DNA of 64,000 bases from Octopus sinensis (Eukaryota), in the NCBI RefSeq assembly GCF_006345805.1, contig NC_042999.1, positions 106,082,001 to 106,146,000 on the forward strand. Reading direction: 5' to 3'. A model generated the notes under the pieces. The model saw only the letters and a list, made by a program, of their open reading frames with translations. It did no database searches and was not told where the DNA came from. A program made the position numbers and the translations under genes. Shown one piece after another: positions 12,071 through 23,390 of the stretch. Position 1 is the first letter of the stretch. Every line of letters starts with the position of its first letter.

Positions 12071-12229
12071 ACACGGGAAAAATGACACACATACACACAA
12101 TCACATACAGAAACACTCACAAATATGCGCACACGCGCACGCACGCAAGTATATATATATAATAAAAAAGAGTGAAAAAACTACAGAAGGCTTGTGTTAT
12201 AAGGTTAAAGAATACATTTAAGTCATTAT

Positions 12230-13130
12230 GTTAGAAAAATTTTATAAACTTTTTGTGTATATTAACATAGTTTTTGGAGAAATTGACTTATTTTGGAAGG
12301 TGATTTAACATATCCAAGTCATCTCTGATATGACTATCGATGTGTTTAAGCAAGGGTTTCAGGAGGATGTCCATAAATAGACTTAGTCTGTGTGTTTCAC
12401 AGGCTGGGCCAGCTACAATGGGTCGTAGCTTTAGGTCTCCTGGGTTTGATGTATGTATGTACGTCTTTGGTGATTTTTTAATGGTTTCATTTATAATCTG
12501 GCTATTGTGTATTTTTGGTAGACCATAGAAGAGGCTAGGTTTGTATTTAAAGTTTGTTAGAAAGTCAATCTCTTTTGTTGTAAGTTCCTTTCCATGGGTT
12601 TATTTAGTGAGGACAGAGTTTCCGTTATTTTATGTGGGGTGTAGTTCGGGATTTTTTCATAATGTTGACTGTCATCAAGCATGGAGATTACTAGATTTCT
12701 ATAGTATAATGTATCCATTGCTACAACTGCACTTCCTTTATCTGCTTCCTTAATCGTGATAATTGTTGGGGATGTGTTCACTTCTGTTTTTGACTAGTGA
12801 GTCATCTTCAGTATTGTAACTAGTTAATGCTTCTGTGAGTCTTAATTTTCTACAGAATTCTATGATACTGTCCGTGACTTTGTTTTGGTTAGCTCTGCGT
12901 GGAGCTGGCGTGAATTTTAGCCCTTTTGAGAGGATGTCTATTTTTATGTTTGAAAGAGGTTTGGTTGAATGGTTAATTATATTCGGTTTTTCCTGATTAC
13001 CATGTTCCAACCTGTGTCCTGCTGTCTCTGGTCTGGGGCTAAAAAGTGTTGGGTGCAAATTTGTTTGCATGAGTTGTCTGTGAGATTGTATGAGATTGGT
13101 TCGGGGCAATGGTGCTATTGTTGCCTCAGA
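12230..13130 (-). mobile_element. Penelope-like element, N-terminal half of the RT ORF (copy B)
   Basis: LSKGLKFTP, IKEADKGSAVVAMD..Y, FYGLPKIH and LKLRPIVAGPACETHRLS are characteristic PLE RT motifs; frameshifted. Confidence 0.92.
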
Positions 13131-13199
13131 TTGTTATGTGAGTGATATATCCTAATTAAAGTTTCCTTTCGTATTTGTTCATAAAATATATTCCTTTAT

Positions 13200-14730
13200 T
13201 ATTTCGTTACTGTTCAGTCGTCATTGATTTGCGTCACTGATAGAATGAGAAGACTGTATAGATGGAAAATATATGCTACTAATTATATTCTATATATTAA
13301 TTCATTCTGCATATGGTCTCCTGATCTGTTGACGATGTCACGTCATTCTTTTCCTGAGTGTCATATGGTTTTCTGAAATACTGTATTCACGACTACCTTC
13401 GCATGTTAAGTAAATTCATTCATTTGAAATAAAATAAAAGTTTTTTTTTTTCATTTGTAAGTTAGTGCCTACTTTGAAGTAGAATTCGATGCCTTCTAAT
13501 TGGTAGTAACATATTCCACAGTTTGTTAGCTTTCATTTTCAGACTTTGGAATCCGGAATCGAGCGTAAGCAGCTTTGCATTTGTCAATACCTTGCTAGCG
13601 ATTTTGTCTGTCTATTACTTTTTATAATTGGATGCTTTCCAAGAAGATTTTCAAAGTTAATCAGATTTATTGGACATTTTCTTTTGACAAGTATTATATT
13701 AATTTCTTCTAGACTTTGTTTTATGGTTTGAAACAATTGTGCAGACTCTTTTTCCTTTGTTCAATAGAGTGCTACATCGAATGTCTTTTGTGTGACATGA
13801 TGTAAAAGAAGATATTTCTGTGTATTGGTGGGCTTAGAATATGTCTTGATCTAGTATTTATATTTTGCTTTGTTATTAGTATACCTAACAAGGAAAGGTT
13901 ATATGTGTTGAACCCTGTATCGAATTGATTTTAAAAGTTGGTGGAGGTTTTAAAATAAATTTACTTTATCAAGAGATTCGCTCTATATACTGGAAACACA
14001 TATCTAGAATATTACTCCAGTTCTTTTCTAAGCAGAACTAGAGTAAATTATTCTCAAATTGAAATCCTTTCCACTTCTCTTTCAAATAACATCAGCATTC
14101 TTCTCCAAATATCTGTACTTATTTTCATAGATATTCAATTGATCACTAACTTGCCATAAGATAGTGTAACTTTGATTCTATAGCTGTTCTTGACTTTTAT
14201 TGGTATATTGTTAACAAAAAAATGCAGTTGTTTTTTAAAATGAAATGGAGGCTCACCATAATAAATATTCCAAACGTATGTTCTGGTATCTTATAAGTAA
14301 ATGAGTTACGACAGTAATTTATATCTTTGTTTCGGCAGTTGATATATATTTCTCAACTGCAAAAGCGACACAATGGTTCTTTCAGTTATGTATTAGGAAG
14401 ATGTGAGTAGATCAAGATCATCGTATAAAATTATTTATGTGCGTAAGGAAAGACTCTAACAGAATATCTATAAAATTATCTTAGACATATTTTCCATATG
14501 ATAAGCCTGCTAGAATAGGTCTCAGTTTCAAATAAATTAGGGAATCAAAACTAATACTAGAATTTGCATCGGCTATATTTAAAATATGTACATTCATCCA
14601 GTTCTTTATCGGTTAAGAAAATTCTAAGTAATCTGCAATAAGTTATCCATGTTATCAGTTAGTCTTCTAAGTTATCCGCGATGTCATGTTTGATTTCACA
14701 TATATTTCATTTTGAAGTGGTTGTTTTCAA
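13200..14730 (-). mobile_element. Penelope-like element, RT core to GIY-YIG endonuclease (copy A, more decayed)
   Basis: In order on the minus strand: LKLRPILAG..NFIDILLESFL, a KPTNTQKYL..SCH-like thumb motif (frame restored by eye) and TLRKRMT*HRQQIR (GIY-YIG). Confidence 0.75.
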
Positions 14731-14763
14731 TTTCAGTTATATATATATATATATATATATATA

Positions 14764-14990
14764 CTAGCAGTATCGCCCGGCGTTGCTCAGGTTTGTAAGG
14801 GAAATACCTATAAAGCATTTTTAGAGAGTTATAGCCAAAGAATAGCAAAAAAATGAAAAAAAAAATGATGGTAAATTTTTTTTGAGAGTAAAAAAAGGTT
14901 GAGTTGCGTCCCCTAGACAGTCTGTGGTTTGTTTTTTTTGATTCTCGACCCCATGTCGAATTTATCGATTTTTTTCAACTTAATGTGACA
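14764..14990 (-). mobile_element. Helitron-like non-autonomous element, 3' terminus
   Basis: Minus strand reads CCTGAGCAACGCCGGG (hairpin), CGATACTG, CTAG|T, the canonical Helitron 3' end, abutting (TA)n. The inner boundary is uncertain. Confidence 0.6.
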
Positions 14991-15499
14991 GTCCCATGAA
15001 AGGGAATAATAGTACTGCTATTTAGCCCTACGAAATATAGCCTATTATCGGCCTTGACACATTCCCTGTGCCTTTATGTTTACAAAGGGGGAGATAAGCA
15101 CCTCCACCCAGCAAAACCAGCAGTTTCTGAGTCATTGCACGTCATCGGCCTGGAGTAGCATGGCCAGCTAGGTTTTTGATTTATTATAAGCATATAGCTC
15201 TTACAGAGAAGGGACGAACAAAGACAGACAACACAATATACTGTGGTATGCTTGAAACGAAAATTGAATGAATATGAATGTAGTGATATAATGAAAAAAT
15301 GAAATGGCTTACACAATGCCCCCGTACGCAAGCAGTGTCATTTCACTGTTTATGCAGTTCATGTTCGTGTACAGTCTATTGTTTCTTTTTAAGACAGAAT
15401 TCAATTTTATAAATTTTACTTACTTTTATATTCATCGACGACAAAGTATTGCACAATGTCTCTGAATGACATTACTGGTGGCAGCTCGTCACATCGAAA

Positions 15500-16480
15500 C
15501 CACAGGTTCGTCAATTCAATCAGCTCACCGAACAATTCTTCCAATTTAACCGCTCTGTCACTCTCCAGCAAAACCGCCCTGTCGTCCTCTGTATATTAAC
15601 GTCCCGTTATCTTAGCTCTTATGACATTTTTAATCTTCGTAATTATCTTCTGTTTGTATACTCTTCTTGTATTCCACCATCCTCCTCAAATTTCTTCTTT
15701 TCGCCTCCTCTTCCCACTTTCCATCCCCACTCTCTCCTGGTGTTTCTGGTACTTGAGTGTCCATCTTACTGTTGCTCCTCGCTGTTACTTCCTTTCCTTT
15801 CTGCACACTTTCTTTTTAATTCCTTTTTATGCACGTCTGGGGCGCTGATTTAGACCGTCACCTCAAAGCCTTATCCGAACCAATTCACCTCTGTTGTCCT
15901 CGTGACCTTCAGGACATTGGTTTCCTCTTCGGCATTGAAGAGGATAGCCACAACCAGCCACGTTTCATTAATTTCTGGGGGGCACACTTCGAATCCTAAT
16001 TCTGGCCACACGTTTGCCTCAATAGTAGTGTCCACTCATCCAACCTTAATGGCACAGTGGAGCACTATATTGCGTCTTGTTCGGTCGTAAACGGTACCTC
16101 CACTATGTCGCACTTCTTGCCTCTGGTTTAGCATGTGGTAAGGTGCTTCATCCCCTTCAGACACTCCTCCATTTTTTCAATGCTTGCCCATTCCAGCTTT
16201 CTGCTGATGTTAGACAGTGCTCTGTATATAACTGTTCTTTTCGCTGTTTCCTCCGATATTTCTTTTGTTGGGGGTTAATCTCAAGCTGTTTCCTTCTTTA
16301 GCAATTAGCTCGTTAGCTTTTTTAAGTCTTCGTTCGCCCAAGTTGATTTCCTTGACCTGCACAACGTTGCTATTTGCACCCCTTCCTGCTGCTGTAGCAT
16401 AGCTAACGGTAGGTTGAGTGTCCATAACTTCGTTAATCACAAAAATCTTTTCAGACATTATCTGCACAATTCACAATTCA
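15500..16480 (-). mobile_element. Decayed ORF1 of an L1/Tx1-like non-LTR retrotransposon (copy 1)
   Basis: TRGKKCDIVEVPFTTEQDA...VARIRIRSVPPEINETWLVVA...VTRTTEVNWFG*GFEV is homologous to copy 2, which retains a CCHC knuckle. Confidence 0.6.
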
Positions 16481-17269
16481 ATAAATAATTTGCAGAAATC
16501 TTTTATCCCGCAGGGCGAAAATTAGTTTTCTACAGGACAACAGTTCAAAATTCAATAAAAATTTTCTATACAAATATAACAAAGATCATAATAACAGACG
16601 GGAAACGAACTCACATACCGCAGATAATGACTGAAAACAACACCGTGTCGTAGACGAAAAAGGCGTGGCCTTGATAGCTGTATTCTTTATTACAGGCACA
16701 TGGCTTAAATACAGAGGGGACATACTCAGACATACAGGAACAAAAAACACATGAAAGAATGAATGTAAAATGAATTAAATTACAATGAAAATGAGACGGT
16801 CATATCGGTCCTGCTCGGAGATGAAACCGTGATCTTTTTTTCCCCTTTTTAAATATTTTCACAAACAACTTCCAGCCTCGTTTAGAGGCGAAAGCGTGAC
16901 TTCCTTTTTTCCATTCCACCTTACATAAATAAAAAAAATCCGTTTAAACACCTGTTCATTCAATAGTTGCAAGATTTACTTATTTTTCCTTTTTTTTCAA
17001 TAAAATGTTCAACTAAATGTTGTTCTCAGTCTCAGTCTATACAAAGAAATAACATCTTACAAATTCTTTACCTTTTCCATAATTCACCAACGAGAAGCGA
17101 GGTTCAGTATCAACCCCCTCGGCCCCAGTGTATTCACTCCTCCATAATGTCTCTCAATTTCGAAGTTCTTTTAAGTTTGGGGTGTCCAAGATTTCACTAT
17201 AATTCTGACTTCTCTATGTCTTGCATGTTGACGCTTTTTGATTCAGTATTTCTGTAATTCTCGATTGTG

Positions 17270-18628
17270 TATGTGCGTCTGTGTGTTCGTATGACTGTTA
17301 TTCTGTGTGTTACGTCCGTGTGTCTATGTTTTGAGACTTTCGCGATTCTAAATTATCTTGCGTTTGTTTGTCTATATTTCTCTGCTCTTGGATGTCTGTA
17401 TGTTAGTGCGTCTGCGGGTCTGAATGTTTATGCACTTGTAAGTCCATTACTGTTGAGTACCCTGGTAAATCTTCCCCGTTTCTCGTCGTAGGTTGGATTA
17501 CCTCTTCAACCGCTTTGTACTTCTTCTGTTCTACTATCGTTGGTGACTTCCTCCTCTCCCTTTTTCTTGCTTTCACCTCCGCAAATTCACCGTCTTGCTC
17601 TGTTATCTGTTTCTGCTGTTTCTCCACCATTATATTCTCCTGAATACTCTCCTATACAATTTCCATTGCTGCTCTGGGGCATTCATTTCTCCTGTGATCT
17701 CTTTCACCACATTCGTAACACATTGGGGCTCTCCCCTCCAACCTTATCTCCAGTTTTTCTTCATTTGGTAGCTCAAAAGTTTCAGGTATTTCGTTGTAAT
17801 ATTTCGGGCTCAATGCACAAAATATCTCGGGTCTTATCGGTTTGAACGGCAGTTTTTAACATAATTTCTCGGTAGTTAAAAATTTTAAACTTCGTATACT
17901 GATAGAATGTGTTTATAAAACATCTTTTTCTCTTGGCTTTATTGAGAAAATTCTATAGTTTGTAAGATATTTGTTGTTTTGCTTTCTTCAATTGCTGCAA
18001 TTTCAACCAATCACTGGCGTCTATTGCAGTATGAATATGTCCCTCGTTTAAGAAACAGATTGCGATTTATTTACATTTGTGAAGAAAAAATAGATACCCT
18101 TCCCCACCACCTCTAACCCTAACCCTAACACAGATTGAATGCAATAGATCGATACTAGGGTCATAATTATGGGTGACAATTTCATGACACCGCTAGAAAA
18201 AACTGCCGTTCAAACCGAAAAGATCCAATATCTCTAATCCTTAGCCCCCCCCCCCCACCGACTTTACTTGTTGGGTTCGGCTTATCATGCCCATCCTCGC
18301 CTCTTCGCTTTCCCTCCTTATCTCCAAATAAAAGCTCGCCGTTTTTATCCACTCTGGCTCTATCGACGATGGGATTCTTCCCACCCTAATTCTGACAATT
18401 CTCTTGTCCGAACAATTTCGCGTCAAAGCCCATTTTCTCCCTGTATCAGCCTGTTGCAGGTTTTTGCCGTCTCCTCTTCTTATATAAAGGTTACCATTAT
18501 CGACGCATATCTCTTTCCTCTCGTAAAGAACGCTATGCTTTCTCTTAAATGTTCTTCCAAAATTTCTTCTATTTCTTCCTGCGGCGCTTTTTCAATCCTT
18601 CCATTTTCATGCAAACATGTACACTCAC
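17270..18628 (-). mobile_element. Decayed ORF1 (RRM-like region plus CCHC zinc knuckle) of an L1/Tx1-like element (copy 2), interrupted by a MITE
   Basis: [13 protein letters not shown]...KRIVRIRVGRIPSSIEPEWIK. After removing 17829-18226 and one TSD copy it reads GLEIFCALSPKYYNEIPETFELPNEEKLEIRLEGRAPMCYECGERDHRRNEC (C-X2-C-X4-H-X4-C at 17720-17679). The clade assignment is inference. Confidence 0.7.
17829..18226. mobile_element. 398-bp MITE with 29-bp TIRs and an 8-bp TSD (Merlin-like)
   Basis: TIR GG(G/A)TCTT(A/T)TCGGTTTGAACGGCAGTTTTT matches at 27/29. An identical TSD AATATCTC lies at 17821-17828 and 18227-18234. GG termini with an 8-bp TSD fit Merlin/IS1016. Confidence 0.9.
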
Positions 18629-18689
<61 letters not shown>

Positions 18690-18718
18690 GTAGATAGATA
18701 GATAGATAGATAGATAGG

Positions 18719-18761
<43 letters not shown>

Positions 18762-18786
18762 GTAGGTAGGTAGGTAGGTAGGTAGG

Positions 18787-18852
<66 letters not shown>
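18629..18852. repeat. (GATA)n/(GGTA)n tetranucleotide array
   Basis: Directly visible. Confidence 0.95.
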
Positions 18853-18859
18853 CATTCAT

Positions 18860-19832
18860 AGAACGAGCGAACAAATGGAAGCTGTTTTCTGTTTCGTACT
18901 TGTTGAGTACGAAAAGGTATAGCGTCATGATGACCATAGTATTTGAATCTCTGCAAATGTAAGATGTCGAGGTGATGCAAATTCTCAGATATGCAAATTT
19001 TGGATGCACTACAGATTTTGCTCTCCTATCATCACCAGTACGAGGCACAATTGATAATGGTGTTAGGCAAGTAGATACCATCTCTCCAAAGCTCTTTACC
19101 ACATGTCTAGAAATGGTTATCAAAGACATTGACACGACATGTGAACATGAATGGTGACCAAATAACAGAGGACATTGTACTCATCGCTGAAACTGGTCAG
19201 CTGCACACTATACTGATAAAGCTGGACACTCAAAGCTTAACAATAATATATATACAGTCGTAAGAACAACCGCAAAATCTAATAGAGGTGTAAAGCAATG
19301 AAATCGAGGAGGTAAATGAGTACGTCTACATAGGGCGCGCAGTGAAAATGCGCTGAGGTATGGATGCTGAAATATTGAAGGGAATAAGGTGAAGATGGAA
19401 AGCATTAAACTCAACAAAACATGTGTCCCAAACAAAGCAAGGCAGTACATAAAATATAAATGCCGGTCTATTCAATCGCATCACCCTGCCTATCTTCTTA
19501 TAAGCAAGTGAAACGTGGAGAACGACAAAAAGGGCAGAAAGTCGATTGGCTAAGACGCAATAGGCCATGGAGAGATTCATGATAGGACTATCGTTACGAG
19601 AGCATATTCGAACGAAGCGGAGTGAACGAGGTGTTCACAAAATACCGAAAACAGAAGCCCCGTTGTGCCGTGCTTGCCACATATTTCACAGACAACATGT
19701 GAATTCGAGAAATAACCGATTAGTATCCAAGCGATCGGAAAAGGTCACTTGGAAGATCTACACAAAGATGGGAAAAAGATTTAGTTCAAACATTAAGGCC
19801 AAAATGGTAATGAATGGTGCACTCAAGACATA
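18860..19832 (+). mobile_element. Decayed RTE-clade LINE, RT to 3' end
   Basis: [19 protein letters not shown] (cf. [14 protein letters not shown]) and ERFMIGLSLREHIR match RTE RT and C-terminal motifs; many indels. Confidence 0.85.
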
Positions 19833-19969
19833 ATTAGAAGCACATTGTGACCACCGGTGATTAACATCAATTTAAGGTCTTGTCGATAATGTGATCTTGC
19901 ATATATACATTCAGATATATATGCATTCAGACACACGCAAACACACAAACACACACAGATAGATAAATG

Positions 19970-20030
<61 letters not shown>

Positions 20031-20999
20031 GGGTGTTTTATACGCACCGTAGTGATTGTTTGTATATAGGTATTACTATTTTTCCAGATGACAATTCGCA
20101 AAGCTGCCTGATATCGAATACTATTCCGTGCATCATTAACGTTTGTGCTTTGCCTACATCTGCTCCTGCTCTGGATGTATACCGATGTTGGCTTTCCTTT
20201 AAATAGTTTTGGCCACAATAAACAAAGGTACCAATGAAATAATGAAGATATTTCTCTTTATCTGACTCTCCGTTACTAGAATTCAACTAGTTTGACAAGG
20301 CCATGAGAGTTCGCGTTATGGTCACATCCATGTAACGCTTTTCGTACGACGTCGTGTCCTGGCAATGGACATTGATAAATTTAATCTGGTGAGATATTCT
20401 GAGGCGAAAAATAGTTTAGGAGGGAGAATATACGCATTCTTCTATATTATTTGTCAAATACTGCCAACGTAATTATTCAAGTAACCAAGACACTTTTCGA
20501 TAAATACTAATAATGCACATGGGAGAAAACCAATCACCTGTTATATTTCTTGCTAACATTCCGTCTATCTCTAGTCTAAATAAATCATTAATGTTTCTTG
20601 AAATTGATCTCATTTACGAACTCGTAACAACAACTTTAATATCATAACGGTGAGTTGAGATGGCACATTTCCAAAAAAAAGTATGATTAATCAATATGAA
20701 ATGTAGAATACTAAAGATTTTACTTTAAGATTGCATATTGTATCAAAAATTTTATTTTATTCTCTTTCGCTTATTATTACACATCTTTAGTTTTTCGTCT
20801 TTATTTGTTTTTAGCTTCCACTAAATTACCAATTCCATTCGATTCTGCATTAAATACTCTGGTCTATCATTGTCAACACATTTCAAAAGCAAAACAATGC
20901 CTAAAAGTTAAATAAATAAATATTCAGCGATTTCATTGTTGCAAAGTATGCTAATAATAAAAAGTAATATAACATTTAGGTGGGGAGTAAAATATGAAG

Positions 21000-21300
21000 G
21001 GGTAAATAGTGACGATGGTGTTGTTGCTGTTTCTGTTGTTATTGTTGTTGTCGATGATGATAATAATAGTGATAATGGTGGTAGTAGTGATGGTGGTGGC
21101 GGCGGCGGCGGTGACGGGGGTGGTAGTGGTGGTGGTAATCGTGGTTGTGGCTGCAAAGTCGATTATGATGAGGGCAGTAGCGATGGTGTTGCTGGAAATG
21201 TCTATCATCGTGATAGTGATGATAGCGATGTTTTGTGTTGTAAATCGGCGTTAGTGGTGGTAATGGGGATAACGAACAGTAGAAGTAGGAGATTTTGAAA
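21000..21300. repeat. Low-complexity trinucleotide region (GGT/GAT/GTT/GGC)
   Basis: Directly visible; it generates the poly-G, poly-H and poly-T ORFs. Confidence 0.85.
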
Positions 21301-21497
21301 GAGGAAGAAGGACCCAAGAGAAGGACAGTCATACTAAAGTTTCCGATATTGCGAAGGCGGCTGATGGCGTTCACCATGGTTTTAATGGTTAATCATAATG
21401 GGTTTATGAAAAGATATAAACTGCAGAAAAATATCAATAATAATAATAAGGATAAGAAGAGGAATAACCACAACAACAACAATAATAATTTGTGTAT

Positions 21498-21699
21498 ATT
21501 GTCACAAGGCCAGCAATTTCAGGAGAGGAGCTAAGTCGAATTCATCGAAGCCAGTGATCAACTGGTTCTGATTTATGCGACCCCGAATGGATGAAAGGAA
21601 AGTAGACCTCCGAGGAATTTGAACTCAGAAAGTGAAGACAGACGAATGTCGATAAGTATTTCATTCTGCATGCTACCGATTATGCTAGCTCGCTGCCTT
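21498..21699 (-). mobile_element. tRNA-derived SINE family A (3' variant 2)
   Basis: GGATGAAAGGAAAAGTAGACCTCCGAGGAATTTGAACTCAG matches other family A copies; the 3' end resembles 59040-59075. Confidence 0.85.
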
Positions 21700-21817
21700 A
21701 AAATGATTGTAGAGTCTTATTTAAGAATGCAACACATCGCCTGTTTCTAGAACCGAAAAACTCTAACCACTACGCTACGCTTCATCTTAATAGCAACAAC
21801 AACGAAAACAACAACAA

Positions 21818-21863
<46 letters not shown>

Positions 21864-21864
21864 T

Positions 21865-22600
21865 ATAGGTTCATTTCATTATAACTTTATTTCAGCTGCC
21901 TTTGTACCGGGCATCCTTCGGAGGCCAATTGTTTTGCAATACATGCTCCATTTTAGATGGAGAGTGCTTTCCGTAGTATATGGGCTGTACCCATCAAGGT
22001 TATCTTTTGTATTTCACGGAGATGGGAGTTACCAAGGTGTTGCATAATATACATCTCAGCTCCCTTCTTTATCATCCCCAACGCACCAATGACTACTGGT
22101 ATTATCGTAGTACTAAGCTTCCACATTTTTGTGATTTCAGTTTGCAGATCTTTATAGCGAGAAAGCTTTTTCGTATTCTTTTCTGGAGACATTTTCATCT
22201 TGTGGGACTGACATATCTGTTTACTGACAAGTTTCTCTGTTTAGCCCTTCATCACAATGCCTGGTCGATTGGAGTCAATTTTTCTGTACGTTTCTATTGG
22301 GAAGTTCCAAAGGATGGTGACGCCCTAACCGCTTACTACATCCTCTGGATGGTGCCTGTACCATTTATCATGGGATTCAATTTTATAGTATTTACAAGCA
22401 TTCCAGTGGATGTACTTCCCTAGCCTGTCTTGTCTTATGAGGTACTATTTTTCAGCGAGGACTGAGATCCAGAAACAACATGATCAATTGTCTCTGAATG
22501 TTCCGCAAATTCTGCACAAGGAATCATATCTATCTTTAAGGACGTTTGCATGGTAGTTTCTGGCAATAACAAAACCTGTACGAGTAAGGAGGAATAATTT
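21865..22600 (-). mobile_element. 3' end of an R4/Dong-like (restriction-like endonuclease) non-LTR retrotransposon
   Basis: CRIC..ETIDHVVSG zinc motif, TILWNFPI...SNRP, KLSRYKDLQTEITKMWKLSTTIIPVVIGALG and LMGTAHILRKALSI*, ending in a (TAA)n tract (21819-21864). Confidence 0.9.
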
Positions 22601-23019
22601 AGATATTATATGGATAGGCTACAGGAAGGCCTTCGGCAATGTCTCCTATTGGTGTCTCTTGGTATTTCTGAGGACGCTTGGAGTCACTGAGAAGATAAAC
22701 AGCTTTAGGGAATGCAATATGAGTGAGGGAAGTAGAATTGACGTATACGATTGAAATGCTATGTAATATGAAAATACGCAGGGACATTTTTCAAGGAGAG
22801 TCGCTCTCTCTTTCTCTCGCTCTCTCTCACTATCTGCCATTACTCTTCGTCATCAACAAAACTCAGTCAGACAGGAAAATGGGATGAAAGTATCAGTTAC
22901 CTTCTCAGTGAGTACGGTATAATAACAAAATAATATTATAAGCGCAGACATGACTGTGTGAGTAAAATAGCTCATCGAGATGCACGACGTAGCTTCAAAA
23001 CAACAGAGAAGCTATATGA

Positions 23020-23390
23020 GCATGAACCAGGGACAGATCTCGTAGGACTTACACATAAAACTGACTAAAATTGAAACAAAAAGACCAAGTATGATTATTG
23101 AGGATAAAATAAACAGTGTAAGATCAGAGACGTTGCAACTCCCTGTGATAGAGGTGCCGATACCAAAGAAATAGGATAATTGAGTAATATCAGGATCTAG
23201 GCAAGAAAACTGAGCAGACTCTAGTAGATCAAGGCAATAACTATTCTTGTAGTAATAAGTGCACTTAGCACAACACCTAAAAGACAGAGAAAGATTGAAA
23301 TTAAAACTCACATTGTCAACCTACAAAGAGTACCATTCTGTATTCTGCAAGAATCCTAGGAAATATTTGAGGATGTTTGAGGAGATTTGT
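23020..23390 (+). mobile_element. Second, more decayed R4/Dong-like endonuclease fragment
   Basis: RPSMIIEDK, VISALSTTPKR (cf. VIGALGT.PK) and a SARILRK-like remnant. Confidence 0.55.

Noticed and set aside
13195-13235. Possible eroded hammerhead at the 3' end of Penelope copy A (minus TCAATGA..ACTG-AA-CAGT..GAAA)
   Set aside because: The position fits a pseudo-LTR, but three core changes and no stem I make it unsupportable.
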